Part shown: positions 54,394 to 62,930 of the stretch, one piece after another
How the letters are laid out: each line of letters starts with the position of its first letter
Position numbering within the stretch: position 1 is the first letter of the stretch
Origin: Acidobacteriota bacterium
GTDB taxonomy: Bacteria > Acidobacteriota > UBA6911 > RPQK01 > JAJDTT01
Assembly (NCBI GenBank): GCA_965209055.1
Contig: OZ242374.1
Location: forward strand, 1,504,001-1,568,000
Direction of reading: 5' to 3'
DNA: 64,000 nt
Position numbers and translations under genes: made by a program
Notes under the pieces: generated by a model
What the model saw: only the letters and a program-made list of their open reading frames with translations
What the model was told of the DNA's origin: nothing
Databases searched by the model: none

Positions 54394-55254
54394 ATGGCTT
54401 GGTTCAAGCGGGAAAAGCGGCCTTTTCGGGCGCTGCCGGAAGAAGACCGCCGCGTTCGCACCGAGGGGGTCTTCACCAAGTGTCCCGATTGCGGCAGCAT
54501 CATCTGGAAAAAAGAGCTGGCGGAGAACTTCCTGGTCTGCCCCCGCTGCGGCCACCATTTCAAGATCGGCGCCCGGAAGCGCCTGGAACTGCTCCTGGAC
54601 GATGCCGAATATGAAGAATTCGCTGCCGGGATTCGTTCCTCCGACCCGCTCGAATTCGAGGACAGGAAGAACTACCGCGACCGGATCGAGGCGTCCCGCC
54701 GCTCGACCGGCCTCAACGAGGCGGTCATCTGCGCGGAGGGCTCCCTGCGTGGCCATCGGGTCGTGTGCGCCGCCATGGAATACAGCTTCATCGGCGGATC
54801 CATGGGATCGGTCGTCGGTGAGAAGATCACCTTGGCGGTGGAGCGCTCGCTGGAGCGGAAAATCCCCCTGATCATCGTTTCCGCCAGCGGCGGCGCACGC
54901 ATGATGGAAGGGGTGCTCTCGCTGATGCAGATGGCCAAGATCAGTTCCGCCCTCTCCCTCCTGGACCGGGAGGGCCTTCCCTACATCTCGCTCCTGACGG
55001 ATCCCACGACCGGGGGCGTCACCGCCAGTTTCGCCATGCTGGGAGACCTGAATCTGGCTGAGCCCAAGGCTCTCATTGGATTCGCCGGCCCCAGGGTCAT
55101 CGAGCAGACCATCCGGCAGCGGCTGCCCGAGGGGTTCCAGAGGAGCGAATTCCTCCTGGAGCATGGCATGCTGGATGCGGTGGTCCGAAGGAAGGACCTG
55201 AGAGCGTTCATCGGAGACTGGCTCGTCTTCATGAACGATGCCCCGAGCCGGTGA
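54394..55254 (+). CDS. accD: Acetyl-CoA carboxylase carboxyltransferase beta subunit
   Basis: C4 zinc finger (CPDC...CPRC), GGSMGSVVGE, SGGARM, PTTGGV, GFAG; TGcTATGAT 6 nt upstream. Confidence 0.96.
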   Translation: MAWFKREKRPFRALPEEDRRVRTEGVFTKCPDCGSIIWKKELAENFLVCPRCGHHFKIGARKRLELLLDDAEYEEFAAGIRSSDPLEFEDRKNYRDRIEASRRSTGLNEAVICAEGSLRGHRVVCAAMEYSFIGGSMGSVVGEKITLAVERSLERKIPLIIVSASGGARMMEGVLSLMQMAKISSALSLLDREGLPYISLLTDPTTGGVTASFAMLGDLNLAEPKALIGFAGPRVIEQTIRQRLPEGFQRSEFLLEHGMLDAVVRRKDLRAFIGDWLVFMNDAPSR

Positions 55255-56600
55255 CGACCGCCCGCGGAACGCACGTTCCGCTCACTGACGTCGACAAGAT
55301 GGATTACAGCGAGTGCCTCGCCTATCTCCGGAGGCTGGGGGACGAGGTGCTCACCATGCGTCTCGGCCTGGAGCCCTTTCGAGGCTTGCTGGGGCAATTG
55401 GATCACCCTCATCGCAGATTTCCTTCGGTCGTGGTCGCCGGGACCAACGGCAAGGGGTCCGTCACCCGGCTTCTGGGGTCCATCATGTCCTCCTGCGGCT
55501 TGAGGACCGCCGTCTTCACTTCGCCCCATGTCATGCGGCTGGAGGAGCGGATCGTGGTGGACGGGAAACCGATCTCCCGGCAGGAATTCGCCGACTGCTT
55601 CAGCCGGGTGGCGGAGACCATCCGGCGAGCGGAGCTGCGGTTCCACCCCACCTATTTCGAGACGGTGACCGCGACGGCATTCCGGTACTTCGCCCGCCGC
55701 CGGGTGGATCTGGCGATCCTGGAAGTGGGCATGGGCGGCCGGCTGGACAGCACCAACGCGGTGGACCCCCGGCTTTCCGTCATCACTCCTGTCGGACTGG
55801 ATCACCAGGCGCAGTTGGGGAACACGGTGCAGGAAATTGCCCTCGAGAAGGCGGGAGTGCTCCGGCCCGCGACGCCTGTCCTCCTTTCTCCCCAAAGGAA
55901 GGATGTGAGACGGGTCCTGGGTGAGCGGGCGGCCCGCGTGGGTGCCGTGGTTCACGATCTCGATCTGCCCGCACTGCGTCCCCTGGAGGAACGGCGGGGC
56001 CGGTATTCCTTCTCCTTCCGGGGGACGAGCTACCGTTTGGGAATGCACGGCAAGCATCAGATCGAGAATGCGGGCGTGGCGATCCAGGCATCGGAAATCC
56101 TGGAACGGCTGGGATTCGCCCGCGACGGGACCGGCGTTCGGGAGGGCGTCGAAAAAGCGCGTTCCCTGGGAGTGCTGCAGAAGATCGAGGGCCGTCCGGC
56201 GGTTTACCTGGACGGGGGACACAACCGGGACGCCGTCGCCAACCTGGCGGCGTTCCTCCAGGAACACACCAAGCCGCCCCGATCACTGGTCTTCGGGATC
56301 ATGCGGGACAAGGACATCGAGGTCGTGCTCGGGCTCCTGGCTCCGTTGTTCGAACGGATTGTCTTCACCTCGTTCCGGTCGGCGAGGGCGGCAGCTCCTC
56401 AGCGGCTGAAGGAGGTCTGTCCCCGCGGCCGCGCAGTCCCGGATCCCGTACTTGCGCTGAGGCGGGTTCTGGAGGCGGGAGCGACGACGGTGGTGGCCGG
56501 ATCCTTCTACCTGGTGGGCGAGATCCTGTCGGCGATCGAGGAGGGGTCGGTCAACTGGGATCGTCCAGCTTCAGTTCGAAGAGGAGATCACCCGTGGTGA
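55251..56600 (+). CDS. folC: Folylpolyglutamate synthase/dihydrofolate synthase
   Basis: AGTNGKGS, FTSPH, EVGMGGRLDSTN, DH, EKAG, DGGHN, GSFYLVG. The start may be the ATG at 55299. Confidence 0.95.
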   Translation: MTTARGTHVPLTDVDKMDYSECLAYLRRLGDEVLTMRLGLEPFRGLLGQLDHPHRRFPSVVVAGTNGKGSVTRLLGSIMSSCGLRTAVFTSPHVMRLEERIVVDGKPISRQEFADCFSRVAETIRRAELRFHPTYFETVTATAFRYFARRRVDLAILEVGMGGRLDSTNAVDPRLSVITPVGLDHQAQLGNTVQEIALEKAGVLRPATPVLLSPQRKDVRRVLGERAARVGAVVHDLDLPALRPLEERRGRYSFSFRGTSYRLGMHGKHQIENAGVAIQASEILERLGFARDGTGVREGVEKARSLGVLQKIEGRPAVYLDGGHNRDAVANLAAFLQEHTKPPRSLVFGIMRDKDIEVVLGLLAPLFERIVFTSFRSARAAAPQRLKEVCPRGRAVPDPVLALRRVLEAGATTVVAGSFYLVGEILSAIEEGSVNWDRPASVRRGDHPW

Positions 56601-57090
56601 CGCTCGTGCCTTCGCGGACGTGGCAAGCCTGAATCGTCCCGGCGCCCGGAGCGCCGATCTGGTTCTGCATCTTCATGGCCTCGATCACCACCAGCCCCTC
56701 GCCGGCCTCGACCCGGTCCTTCGGCTGGCGCAGGATCCGGATCACCTTGCCCGGCATCTTGGCCCTCAGCGTCGAATCACCCGCCTGGCCGGTGGTGGAG
56801 CCGCGGCGCCGAAGCCGGTCCCTCGGATCCAGGGCCTCGACCCGGGCGGTCCGGCCCAGCCAGGAGATGAGGATCTCTCCTCCATCCCGCCACGAGGAGA
56901 CTTCCTGAATCCGTCCGTCCAATTCAAGGAGCCAACCGGCCGCGGTTCGGCCCAGGAGCCGAGCCGTCAATGTTCGGGAGTATTCACCGGGTCCCCGAAG
57001 CCGGATCCTGAATTCAGGGACCCCTCCGGTCCCGGCCCGGTCGATTTCGGCCTGGAACGATTGTTCCTGATATTGAAGATCCAGCTTCAC
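56551..57090 (-). CDS. Biotin carboxyl carrier subunit (BT + biotinyl domain)
   Basis: IEAMKMQN; GTGA-coupled to the biotin carboxylase. Confidence 0.9.
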   Translation of the reverse strand: MKLDLQYQEQSFQAEIDRAGTGGVPEFRIRLRGPGEYSRTLTARLLGRTAAGWLLELDGRIQEVSSWRDGGEILISWLGRTARVEALDPRDRLRRRGSTTGQAGDSTLRAKMPGKVIRILRQPKDRVEAGEGLVVIEAMKMQNQIGAPGAGTIQACHVREGTSVTTGDLLFELKLDDPS

Positions 57091-58607
57091 GTCCGAGACC
57101 AACCCCCTGGCAGGCCGGAAAAGGGTCCCCGAGTCTTCCAGGCGCTGCCCGGAACGGTTGTGGGAGCCTTCTTCTCCCCCTCTTCCAGCATTCGGTGAAT
57201 GGCGGCGGCCGCCAGAGGCACGGCAGGGTCTGGGGCTTGTTCCTGGTGGCCGGGGAGGGCCATCAACTTGTCCACCAGCCCCGTATTCAGTTCTCCCGCA
57301 ACGAAGCCGGGGTTCTCCATCAGGGATCTGAAAAAGGGGATGGTGGTGGTCACGCCGGCGATCCGGTATTCATCCAGGGCCCGCTTCATTCGGCGCAGAG
57401 CTTCCCGGCGGTCCGGGCCGTAGGTGACCAGCTTGCTGATCAGAGGGTCGTAGTGGACGGGAACCTCAACCCCCGCGTAGATGCCGGAATCCAATCGGAC
57501 TCCGGGACCGCCCGGTTCCAGCAGGTCTCGGATCCGGCCGGGCGCCGGAAGGAAGTCGTTGTCGGGATCCTCGGCGTAGATGCGGCATTCGAGTGCGTGT
57601 CCTCGCATTCTAATGTCCTCCTGCTTCCATCCCAACGGTTCTCCGGCGGCGATTCGCAGTTGTTCCCGGACCAGATCGATGCCGGTCACCAATTCGGTCA
57701 CCGGATGTTCGACCTGCAGGCGCGTGTTCATCTCCAGAAAGTAGAAGCGCCAGCCATACTCACGATCCTGTTCCACCAGGAATTCCACGGTCCCGGCGTT
57801 GTAGTATCCGGAGGCGCGGGCGACGGCCACGGCGGCCCTCCCCAGCTCGGCCCTCAAATCGGGCGTTACCACCGGCGAAGGGGCCTCCTCGACCAGCTTC
57901 TGGTGCCGGCGCTGGGTTGAGCACTCTCTCTCTCCCAGATGGATCAGGTCTCCGTTCCGGTCCCCCAGGACCTGCACCTCCACGTGACGCGGCTGCTGGA
58001 GGTACTTCTCCAGGAACACCCGGGAATCCTGGAATGACGCATGAGCCTCGCTGCCGGCGATGCTCAGGGCCGCCTCCAGGTCTTCCTCGCGTAAAACCAC
58101 CCGGAGTCCCTTGCCGCCGCCACCTCCGCTGGCCTTGACCATGATGGGAAAACCGATCCGGCGGGCCGCCCGGACCGCCTCTTCCGGAGATCGAACCGGG
58201 TCCGGCGTTCCGGGAATCACCGGAACCTCGACCTCCTCCGCGATCCGGCGGCTGGCGATCTTGTCTCCCATCAGGCGCAGGGACGATACCGAGGGTCCGA
58301 TGAAGACCAGGCCGGCGTCCTCGCACGCGCTTGCGAAGCGCGCGTTTTCCGAGAGGAACCCGTAGCCGGGATGGATGGCGTCGGCCCCGGCCGCCTTGGC
58401 CGCGGCCAGCACCTTTTCCACCGAAAGGTAGCTTTGGTCGGCCCGGGCCTCTCCGATGAAGTGGGCCTCGTCCGCCAATCGGACATGGAGCGAGTCGAGA
58501 TCCGCCTCCGAGTAGACGACGGCCGCCGGAAGCCCCAGGTCCCGGCAGGTTCGCAGGATTCGCACCGCGATCTCACCCCGGTTGGCGATCAGCACCTTCT
58601 TGAACAT
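57087..58607 (-). CDS. Biotin carboxylase subunit of an acyl-CoA carboxylase
   Basis: IANRGEIA, HPGYGFLSEN, GGGGKG, QRRHQK, EMNTRLQVEH. Confidence 0.95.
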   Translation of the reverse strand: MFKKVLIANRGEIAVRILRTCRDLGLPAAVVYSEADLDSLHVRLADEAHFIGEARADQSYLSVEKVLAAAKAAGADAIHPGYGFLSENARFASACEDAGLVFIGPSVSSLRLMGDKIASRRIAEEVEVPVIPGTPDPVRSPEEAVRAARRIGFPIMVKASGGGGGKGLRVVLREEDLEAALSIAGSEAHASFQDSRVFLEKYLQQPRHVEVQVLGDRNGDLIHLGERECSTQRRHQKLVEEAPSPVVTPDLRAELGRAAVAVARASGYYNAGTVEFLVEQDREYGWRFYFLEMNTRLQVEHPVTELVTGIDLVREQLRIAAGEPLGWKQEDIRMRGHALECRIYAEDPDNDFLPAPGRIRDLLEPGGPGVRLDSGIYAGVEVPVHYDPLISKLVTYGPDRREALRRMKRALDEYRIAGVTTTIPFFRSLMENPGFVAGELNTGLVDKLMALPGHQEQAPDPAVPLAAAAIHRMLEEGEKKAPTTVPGSAWKTRGPFSGLPGGWSRT

Positions 58608-58617
58608 GGCTGGCAAT

Positions 58618-60168
58618 TCAGAGAGGGATGTTGCCGTGCTTCCTGGGCGGATTGGTGTCGCGCTTGTTGGCGCTCATCTCCAGGGCCCGGATCAGCTTGG
58701 GACGGGTCTGGCTGGGCTCGATGATCTCGTCCACGTAGCCCCGCTCGGCGGCCACGTAGGGATTGGCGAACTTGTTTCGAAATTCGCTGGTTTTTCGAGC
58801 CTTGAAGTCTTGCGGCTGCGATTCGTCCCGGAGCTCCCGCCGGAAGAGGATCTCGACCGCCCCTTCCGGACCCATGACGGCGATCTCGGCGGTGGGATAG
58901 GCGAAGTTCAGGTCGGCCCGGATCTGCTTGGACGCCATGACGCAGTAGGCGCCGCCGTAAGCTTTCCGGGTGATGACGGTGATCTTGGGCACGGTGGCCT
59001 CGGCGAACGCGTACAGCAGCTTGGCGCCGTGGCGGATGATCCCCCCATGCTCCTGGTCCACGCCCGGCAGAAACCCCGGCACGTCCTCGAAAACCACCAG
59101 CGGCAGGTTGAAGGCATCGCAGAAACGGACGAACCGGGCTCCCTTGACCGACGAATCGATGTCCAGGGTTCCGGCCAGAACGGCGGGTTGATTGGCCACG
59201 ACGCCGACGGGACGCCCGTCGAAGCGAGCGAAACCCACGACGATGTTGGGGGCGAAGCCGGCGTGGACTTCGAAGAAGTAGCGGTCGTCCACCACGGTCT
59301 GAATGAGGTCCTTGATGTCGTAGGCCTGGTTCGGTTCGGCCGGGATCAGGTGATTCAGCTCCTCCGAGGTCCGGTCGGCCGGGTCCGACGTCCGGACATG
59401 AGGAGGATCGTCGACGTTGTTGGAGGGGAGGAAGGAGATCAACTCCCGTATCTGGACCAGGCACTCCTCCTCCGTGGGACTGGCGAAGTGGGCCACGCCG
59501 CTCACGTTGTTGTGGGCCGTCGCTCCGCCCAACTCCGATTTGGACACCTCTTCGTGAGTCACCGCGCGGATCACGTCGGGTCCGGTGATGAACATGTAGC
59601 TGGTCTTGTTCACCATGAAGATGAAGTCGGTGATGGCGGGAGAATAGACGGCGCCGCCCGCACAGGGACCCAGGATGGCGGAAATCTGCGGAACGACGCC
59701 GCTGGCCAACGTGTTGCGGAGGAAGATCTCGGCGTAACCCGCCAGACTGACGACGCCCTCCTGGATCCGGGCGCCGCCGCTGTCGTTCAGGCCGATGACC
59801 GGCGCCCCCATCTTCATGGCCAGATCCATGATCTTGCAGATCTTGGCCGCGTAGGTCTCGGACAGGCTGCCGCCGAAGACGGTGAAATCCTGAGAAAAGA
59901 CGTAGACGAGCCGGCCGTCGATCCGCCCATGCCCGGTGATCACGCCGTCGCCGGGGATCCGGCGCTGGTCCATGGAGAAATCGGTGCAGCGATGGACGAC
60001 GAACTTGTCCAGTTCCTGGAACGAGCCCTCGTCCAGCAGGAGGGCGAGCCGTTCCCGGGCGGTCAGCTTTCCCGCATCGTGCTGGCGTTGGATTCGAGCC
60101 GCGTCGTGACCCTTTTCGGCCTCCCGGTTTCGGCGTCTCAGCTCTTCAAACTGTTCCCGGGTGTCCAT
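58618..60168 (-). CDS. pccB: Propionyl/acyl-CoA carboxylase carboxyltransferase subunit
   Basis: [47 protein letters not shown]. Confidence 0.93.
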   Translation of the reverse strand: MDTREQFEELRRRNREAEKGHDAARIQRQHDAGKLTARERLALLLDEGSFQELDKFVVHRCTDFSMDQRRIPGDGVITGHGRIDGRLVYVFSQDFTVFGGSLSETYAAKICKIMDLAMKMGAPVIGLNDSGGARIQEGVVSLAGYAEIFLRNTLASGVVPQISAILGPCAGGAVYSPAITDFIFMVNKTSYMFITGPDVIRAVTHEEVSKSELGGATAHNNVSGVAHFASPTEEECLVQIRELISFLPSNNVDDPPHVRTSDPADRTSEELNHLIPAEPNQAYDIKDLIQTVVDDRYFFEVHAGFAPNIVVGFARFDGRPVGVVANQPAVLAGTLDIDSSVKGARFVRFCDAFNLPLVVFEDVPGFLPGVDQEHGGIIRHGAKLLYAFAEATVPKITVITRKAYGGAYCVMASKQIRADLNFAYPTAEIAVMGPEGAVEILFRRELRDESQPQDFKARKTSEFRNKFANPYVAAERGYVDEIIEPSQTRPKLIRALEMSANKRDTNPPRKHGNIPL

Positions 60169-60210
60169 GGCGGAAGCCGGTACCGCAGGCCTCTCCCCTG
60201 CCGCGGCGTT

Positions 60211-60861
60211 TCAGGCCAGGACCTTTCGCCGGTTCCAGTCGGCCAGGAACTTTTCCAGGCCAATGTCTGTCAGGGGGTGCTTCATCAGTTGCTCCAGCAC
60301 CTTGGCCGGCAGCGTGGCGATTTCGGCGCCCATCTTGGCCGCCTCCACCACGTGGACCGGGTTTCGAACCGAGGCCACCAGGACCTCCGTGTCGAAGTCG
60401 TAGTTCTCGTACATGAGCAGGATTTCGGAGATGAGCCCCATTCCTTCCTGGGAGATATCGTCGAGCCTGCCGATGAACGGGCTCACGATGGCCGCTCCGT
60501 TCTTGGCCGCCAGCAGTGCCTGGCCTGGACTGAAGATCAGCGTGACGTTGACCGAAATGCCTTCCTGGGAGACGACGTTGAGCGCCTTGAGGCCTTCGCG
60601 GATCATGGGCAGCTTGACGTAGACGTTCTTGTGGAGGCTGGAGAGATGACGCGCCTCTTCGATCATGCCTCGGGCGTCGGTGGAGACGACTTCCAGATTG
60701 ACGGGTCCGTCCACGAGTTCGCAGATCTCCAGGGCCAACTCCTCAAGATCCCGCCCTTCCTTGGCGATCAGGCTGGGATTTGTGGTGACCCCGTCGACCA
60801 GGCCGAGTTCGACTCCCCTGCGGATCTCTTCCAGGTTGGCGGTGTCGAGGAAAAACTTCAT
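60211..60861 (-). CDS. tal: Transaldolase (small TalC/FSA-like family)
   Basis: [26 protein letters not shown]. Glu (LEVV) and Phe (SPF) point to transaldolase rather than FSA. Confidence 0.9.
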   Translation of the reverse strand: MKFFLDTANLEEIRRGVELGLVDGVTTNPSLIAKEGRDLEELALEICELVDGPVNLEVVSTDARGMIEEARHLSSLHKNVYVKLPMIREGLKALNVVSQEGISVNVTLIFSPGQALLAAKNGAAIVSPFIGRLDDISQEGMGLISEILLMYENYDFDTEVLVASVRNPVHVVEAAKMGAEIATLPAKVLEQLMKHPLTDIGLEKFLADWNRRKVLA

Positions 60862-60876
60862 GAGACCTCCTTCCCC

Positions 60877-61887
60877 TCAGTTTCGGACGGCGATGCTGGC
60901 CTCCGGCGAGGGCGGGCTTTCGTTGTCTGACTTGTCCACGGCGGAGACCCGGTACCGATAGGTCTCGCCTTCCCTGACCGTGGTGTCCGTGAACATTCGA
61001 TCTTGCAACAGAGGCGAAATCTTGCGGACCGTTCCGCCTTCCAATTCCCTGTACACGAAGTAGCCTGCCAGGTCCGCCTCGCGGTTCGGATCCCAGTAGA
61101 CTCGAACCTCACTTTCCCAGTAGACCGCCGTGACATTCCGGGGAGTCCCCGGGGCGAACGAGTCCGCGGGGACGATGGTCAAAGTATCACTGGCCCGGCT
61201 CAGAATCAAAGGATCGGCATCGTGGCTGACGGCCTGGACGCTGTAGCGCTTGGGATGGCCGAAGCGGAATTCCGGGTCCTGAAACACCTCCGTGGCAACG
61301 CGATACCGGGAATTGACCAGGTAGCCGACGACGTTGGCGGGACGGCTCCCGTCATGATTGGACTCGGGCCGGTCCCACTCCAGCCGCAGGTGGTTCGAGT
61401 TGACTTCGCAGCGGAGATTCCGGGGCGCCGCTGCCGCTTTGACGGAGGCCGTTCGCACCAGATTGGACGGGGGAGAAACTAGGCCGTCCAGGTCCGCGAA
61501 GCGAAGGAAATAGCCGCACGAGGTTGCGTCCCCGGGCAGTTCCAGCTCCACCCGGTACCCGGACCCGTCGTCCCGTCTCCGAAGCTGACGCCTGTAAAGG
61601 GTCAGGACCGGCTCCAGGGTTGTGTTTTCGCCGGGACACGAGCGATGGATTCGGATTTGGTCCGTCTCACTGGACGCCAGGGGAAAGTGCAGTTGAACGC
61701 GATCGTCCACCTGGACCAGCGTCAGGGTTCGAATGGTGGGAGGCGGTTGGGAGAGCGGGGGGAGCGGATCTCCCACCTTGGCGCAACCCGGCCCCGCCAT
61801 CGGCCCAATGAGCGAGATCAGGACGACGGACCGGGCCCAAGTCCGACGGGACGAAAACTCCTTTTCGACGCGCATTGCGGGGCTCAT
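60877..61887 (-). CDS. Fibronectin type III domain lipoprotein
   Basis: CAKVGDPLPP after a hydrophobic segment; FN3 motifs (LAGYFVYR, YRYRVSAVD, NESPPS). Confidence 0.82.
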   Translation of the reverse strand: MSPAMRVEKEFSSRRTWARSVVLISLIGPMAGPGCAKVGDPLPPLSQPPPTIRTLTLVQVDDRVQLHFPLASSETDQIRIHRSCPGENTTLEPVLTLYRRQLRRRDDGSGYRVELELPGDATSCGYFLRFADLDGLVSPPSNLVRTASVKAAAAPRNLRCEVNSNHLRLEWDRPESNHDGSRPANVVGYLVNSRYRVATEVFQDPEFRFGHPKRYSVQAVSHDADPLILSRASDTLTIVPADSFAPGTPRNVTAVYWESEVRVYWDPNREADLAGYFVYRELEGGTVRKISPLLQDRMFTDTTVREGETYRYRVSAVDKSDNESPPSPEASIAVRN

Positions 61888-61980
61888 CCTACATGATCTT
61901 TCGCGTGGTCAGAGGGGGTCCGCGCCCGGCCCGGGAAAATTTCTTAAAACCTTTTTCGGTGCAGCGGCATCAAACATTGC

Positions 61981-62055
61981 AGGGAGCGGGATCAGGGATA
62001 ATCTCCCCTCCTTACAAGTCCCGACAGGACACGCCAACCCTGGTTCCGCTCCCCT
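61981..62055 (+). ncRNA. Candidate small RNA with an anti-SD loop
   Basis: 16-bp closing stem (61982-61997 with 62038-62053, two G-U pairs valid only on the + strand); loop contains CUCCCCUCCUUA; ECF-like promoter just upstream. Confidence 0.42.
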
Positions 62056-62056
62056 C

Positions 62057-62137
62057 GGAAGGGCGATTTCCCAATCGCCCGGCTCTTCTGCTGTTCCCTT
62101 GCAACTCAGGAATCGGCGGTTAGGAAACCGCCGGTCC
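62057..62137. repeat. REPIN-like inverted pair
   Basis: GGAAGGGCGATTTCCCAATCGCCC (62057-62080) and TCGGCGGTTAGGAAACCGCCGGTCC (62113-62137). Confidence 0.8.
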
Positions 62138-62154
62138 GGTACGCCGGCAATGGT

Positions 62155-62373
62155 CTACTTGCAGTCCTGTAGAACCGCCGTGCGGATGAACCGGTACGCG
62201 TCCAGGCAGGTGGGACACTCGAAGAGGTGGTCGATGGTCTGGATGATTTCCAGGTTGGAGAGCTGATGGGTGGCAAGAGAATGCATCTGGCGGGCGGAGA
62301 CGTGACCCCGCCGTTCGTACCTGACGGGAAACGTCACGGTAAAGGCGATCTTGCATACAATCGGCTGGGCCAT
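62155..62373 (-). CDS. Stand-alone zf-HC2 (ZAS-like) small protein
   Basis: GHVS...IDHLFECPTCL (HxxxCxxC); TGcTATGAT at 62394-62386 upstream. Confidence 0.62.
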   Translation of the reverse strand: MAQPIVCKIAFTVTFPVRYERRGHVSARQMHSLATHQLSNLEIIQTIDHLFECPTCLDAYRFIRTAVLQDCK

Positions 62374-62469
62374 CGACTCGCTCGCATCATAGCAGATAGG
62401 CTAAATTCAGGAAACGGCGCCGCCATGAGAGGTCTCCCGAGTGATCGCAGATATGCAGCAGGTGACACC

Positions 62470-62754
62470 ATGACGACACTAAAGAAGTTGAAGAAGCGCC
62501 TCATGAAGGACCGTGAATTCCGGGAGGAATATGCGCGGGTCGATAATGATTTCGCTGTGATCGAGGCGCTGATTCGCGCCCGAACGGCAGCAAAGCTGAC
62601 GCAGGAGGAACTGGCGGGCCGTCTGGGCACGACTCAGTCCGCCATCGCAAGGTTGGAAGGCGGTGGCGTTTCCCCATCCTTCGCTACCTTGCGCCTCTAC
62701 GCCGAAGCAACCGGCACGCGGCTGGCGGTCAGGCTGATACCGGTGGACAACTGA
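62470..62754 (+). CDS. XRE-family HTH protein (HigA-like antitoxin, no toxin partner nearby)
   Basis: LMKDREFREEY...ARTAAKLTQEELAGRLGTTQSAIARLEGG..PSFATL. Confidence 0.88.
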   Translation: MTTLKKLKKRLMKDREFREEYARVDNDFAVIEALIRARTAAKLTQEELAGRLGTTQSAIARLEGGGVSPSFATLRLYAEATGTRLAVRLIPVDN

Positions 62755-62783
62755 ACCGGTACGTCTCCAGGCAGCTCTCGAGT

Positions 62784-62815
62784 ACACCGTCGAGACCGAA
62801 CTTTCTCGACGGTGT
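62784..62815. other. Perfect 12-bp stem-loop (possible terminator)
   Basis: ACACCGTCGAGA-CCGAACTT-TCTCGACGGTGT. Confidence 0.55.
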
Positions 62816-62930
62816 TCGTGTGAAAGGTGGTCAAAACGACGGCGTATATGTCCAGGATCGCAACCTCGCTGTCGTCGTGGCGGCGATAGGTGCGGACTGC
62901 TATATTTCGCTGGTCCAGGAGTCCAATCCC

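Noticed and set aside
56551-56600. 50-nt convergent overlap of folC and the biotin carrier gene
   Set aside because: Short 3' overlaps are common in compact GC-rich genomes and recur throughout this window.
58582-60930. 782-aa + strand ORF, and similar long antisense ORFs at 9703-11766, 25407-27557 and 41958-43571
   Set aside because: These mirror well-supported genes on the opposite strand (pccB/tal, octaheme, addB, BNR protein).
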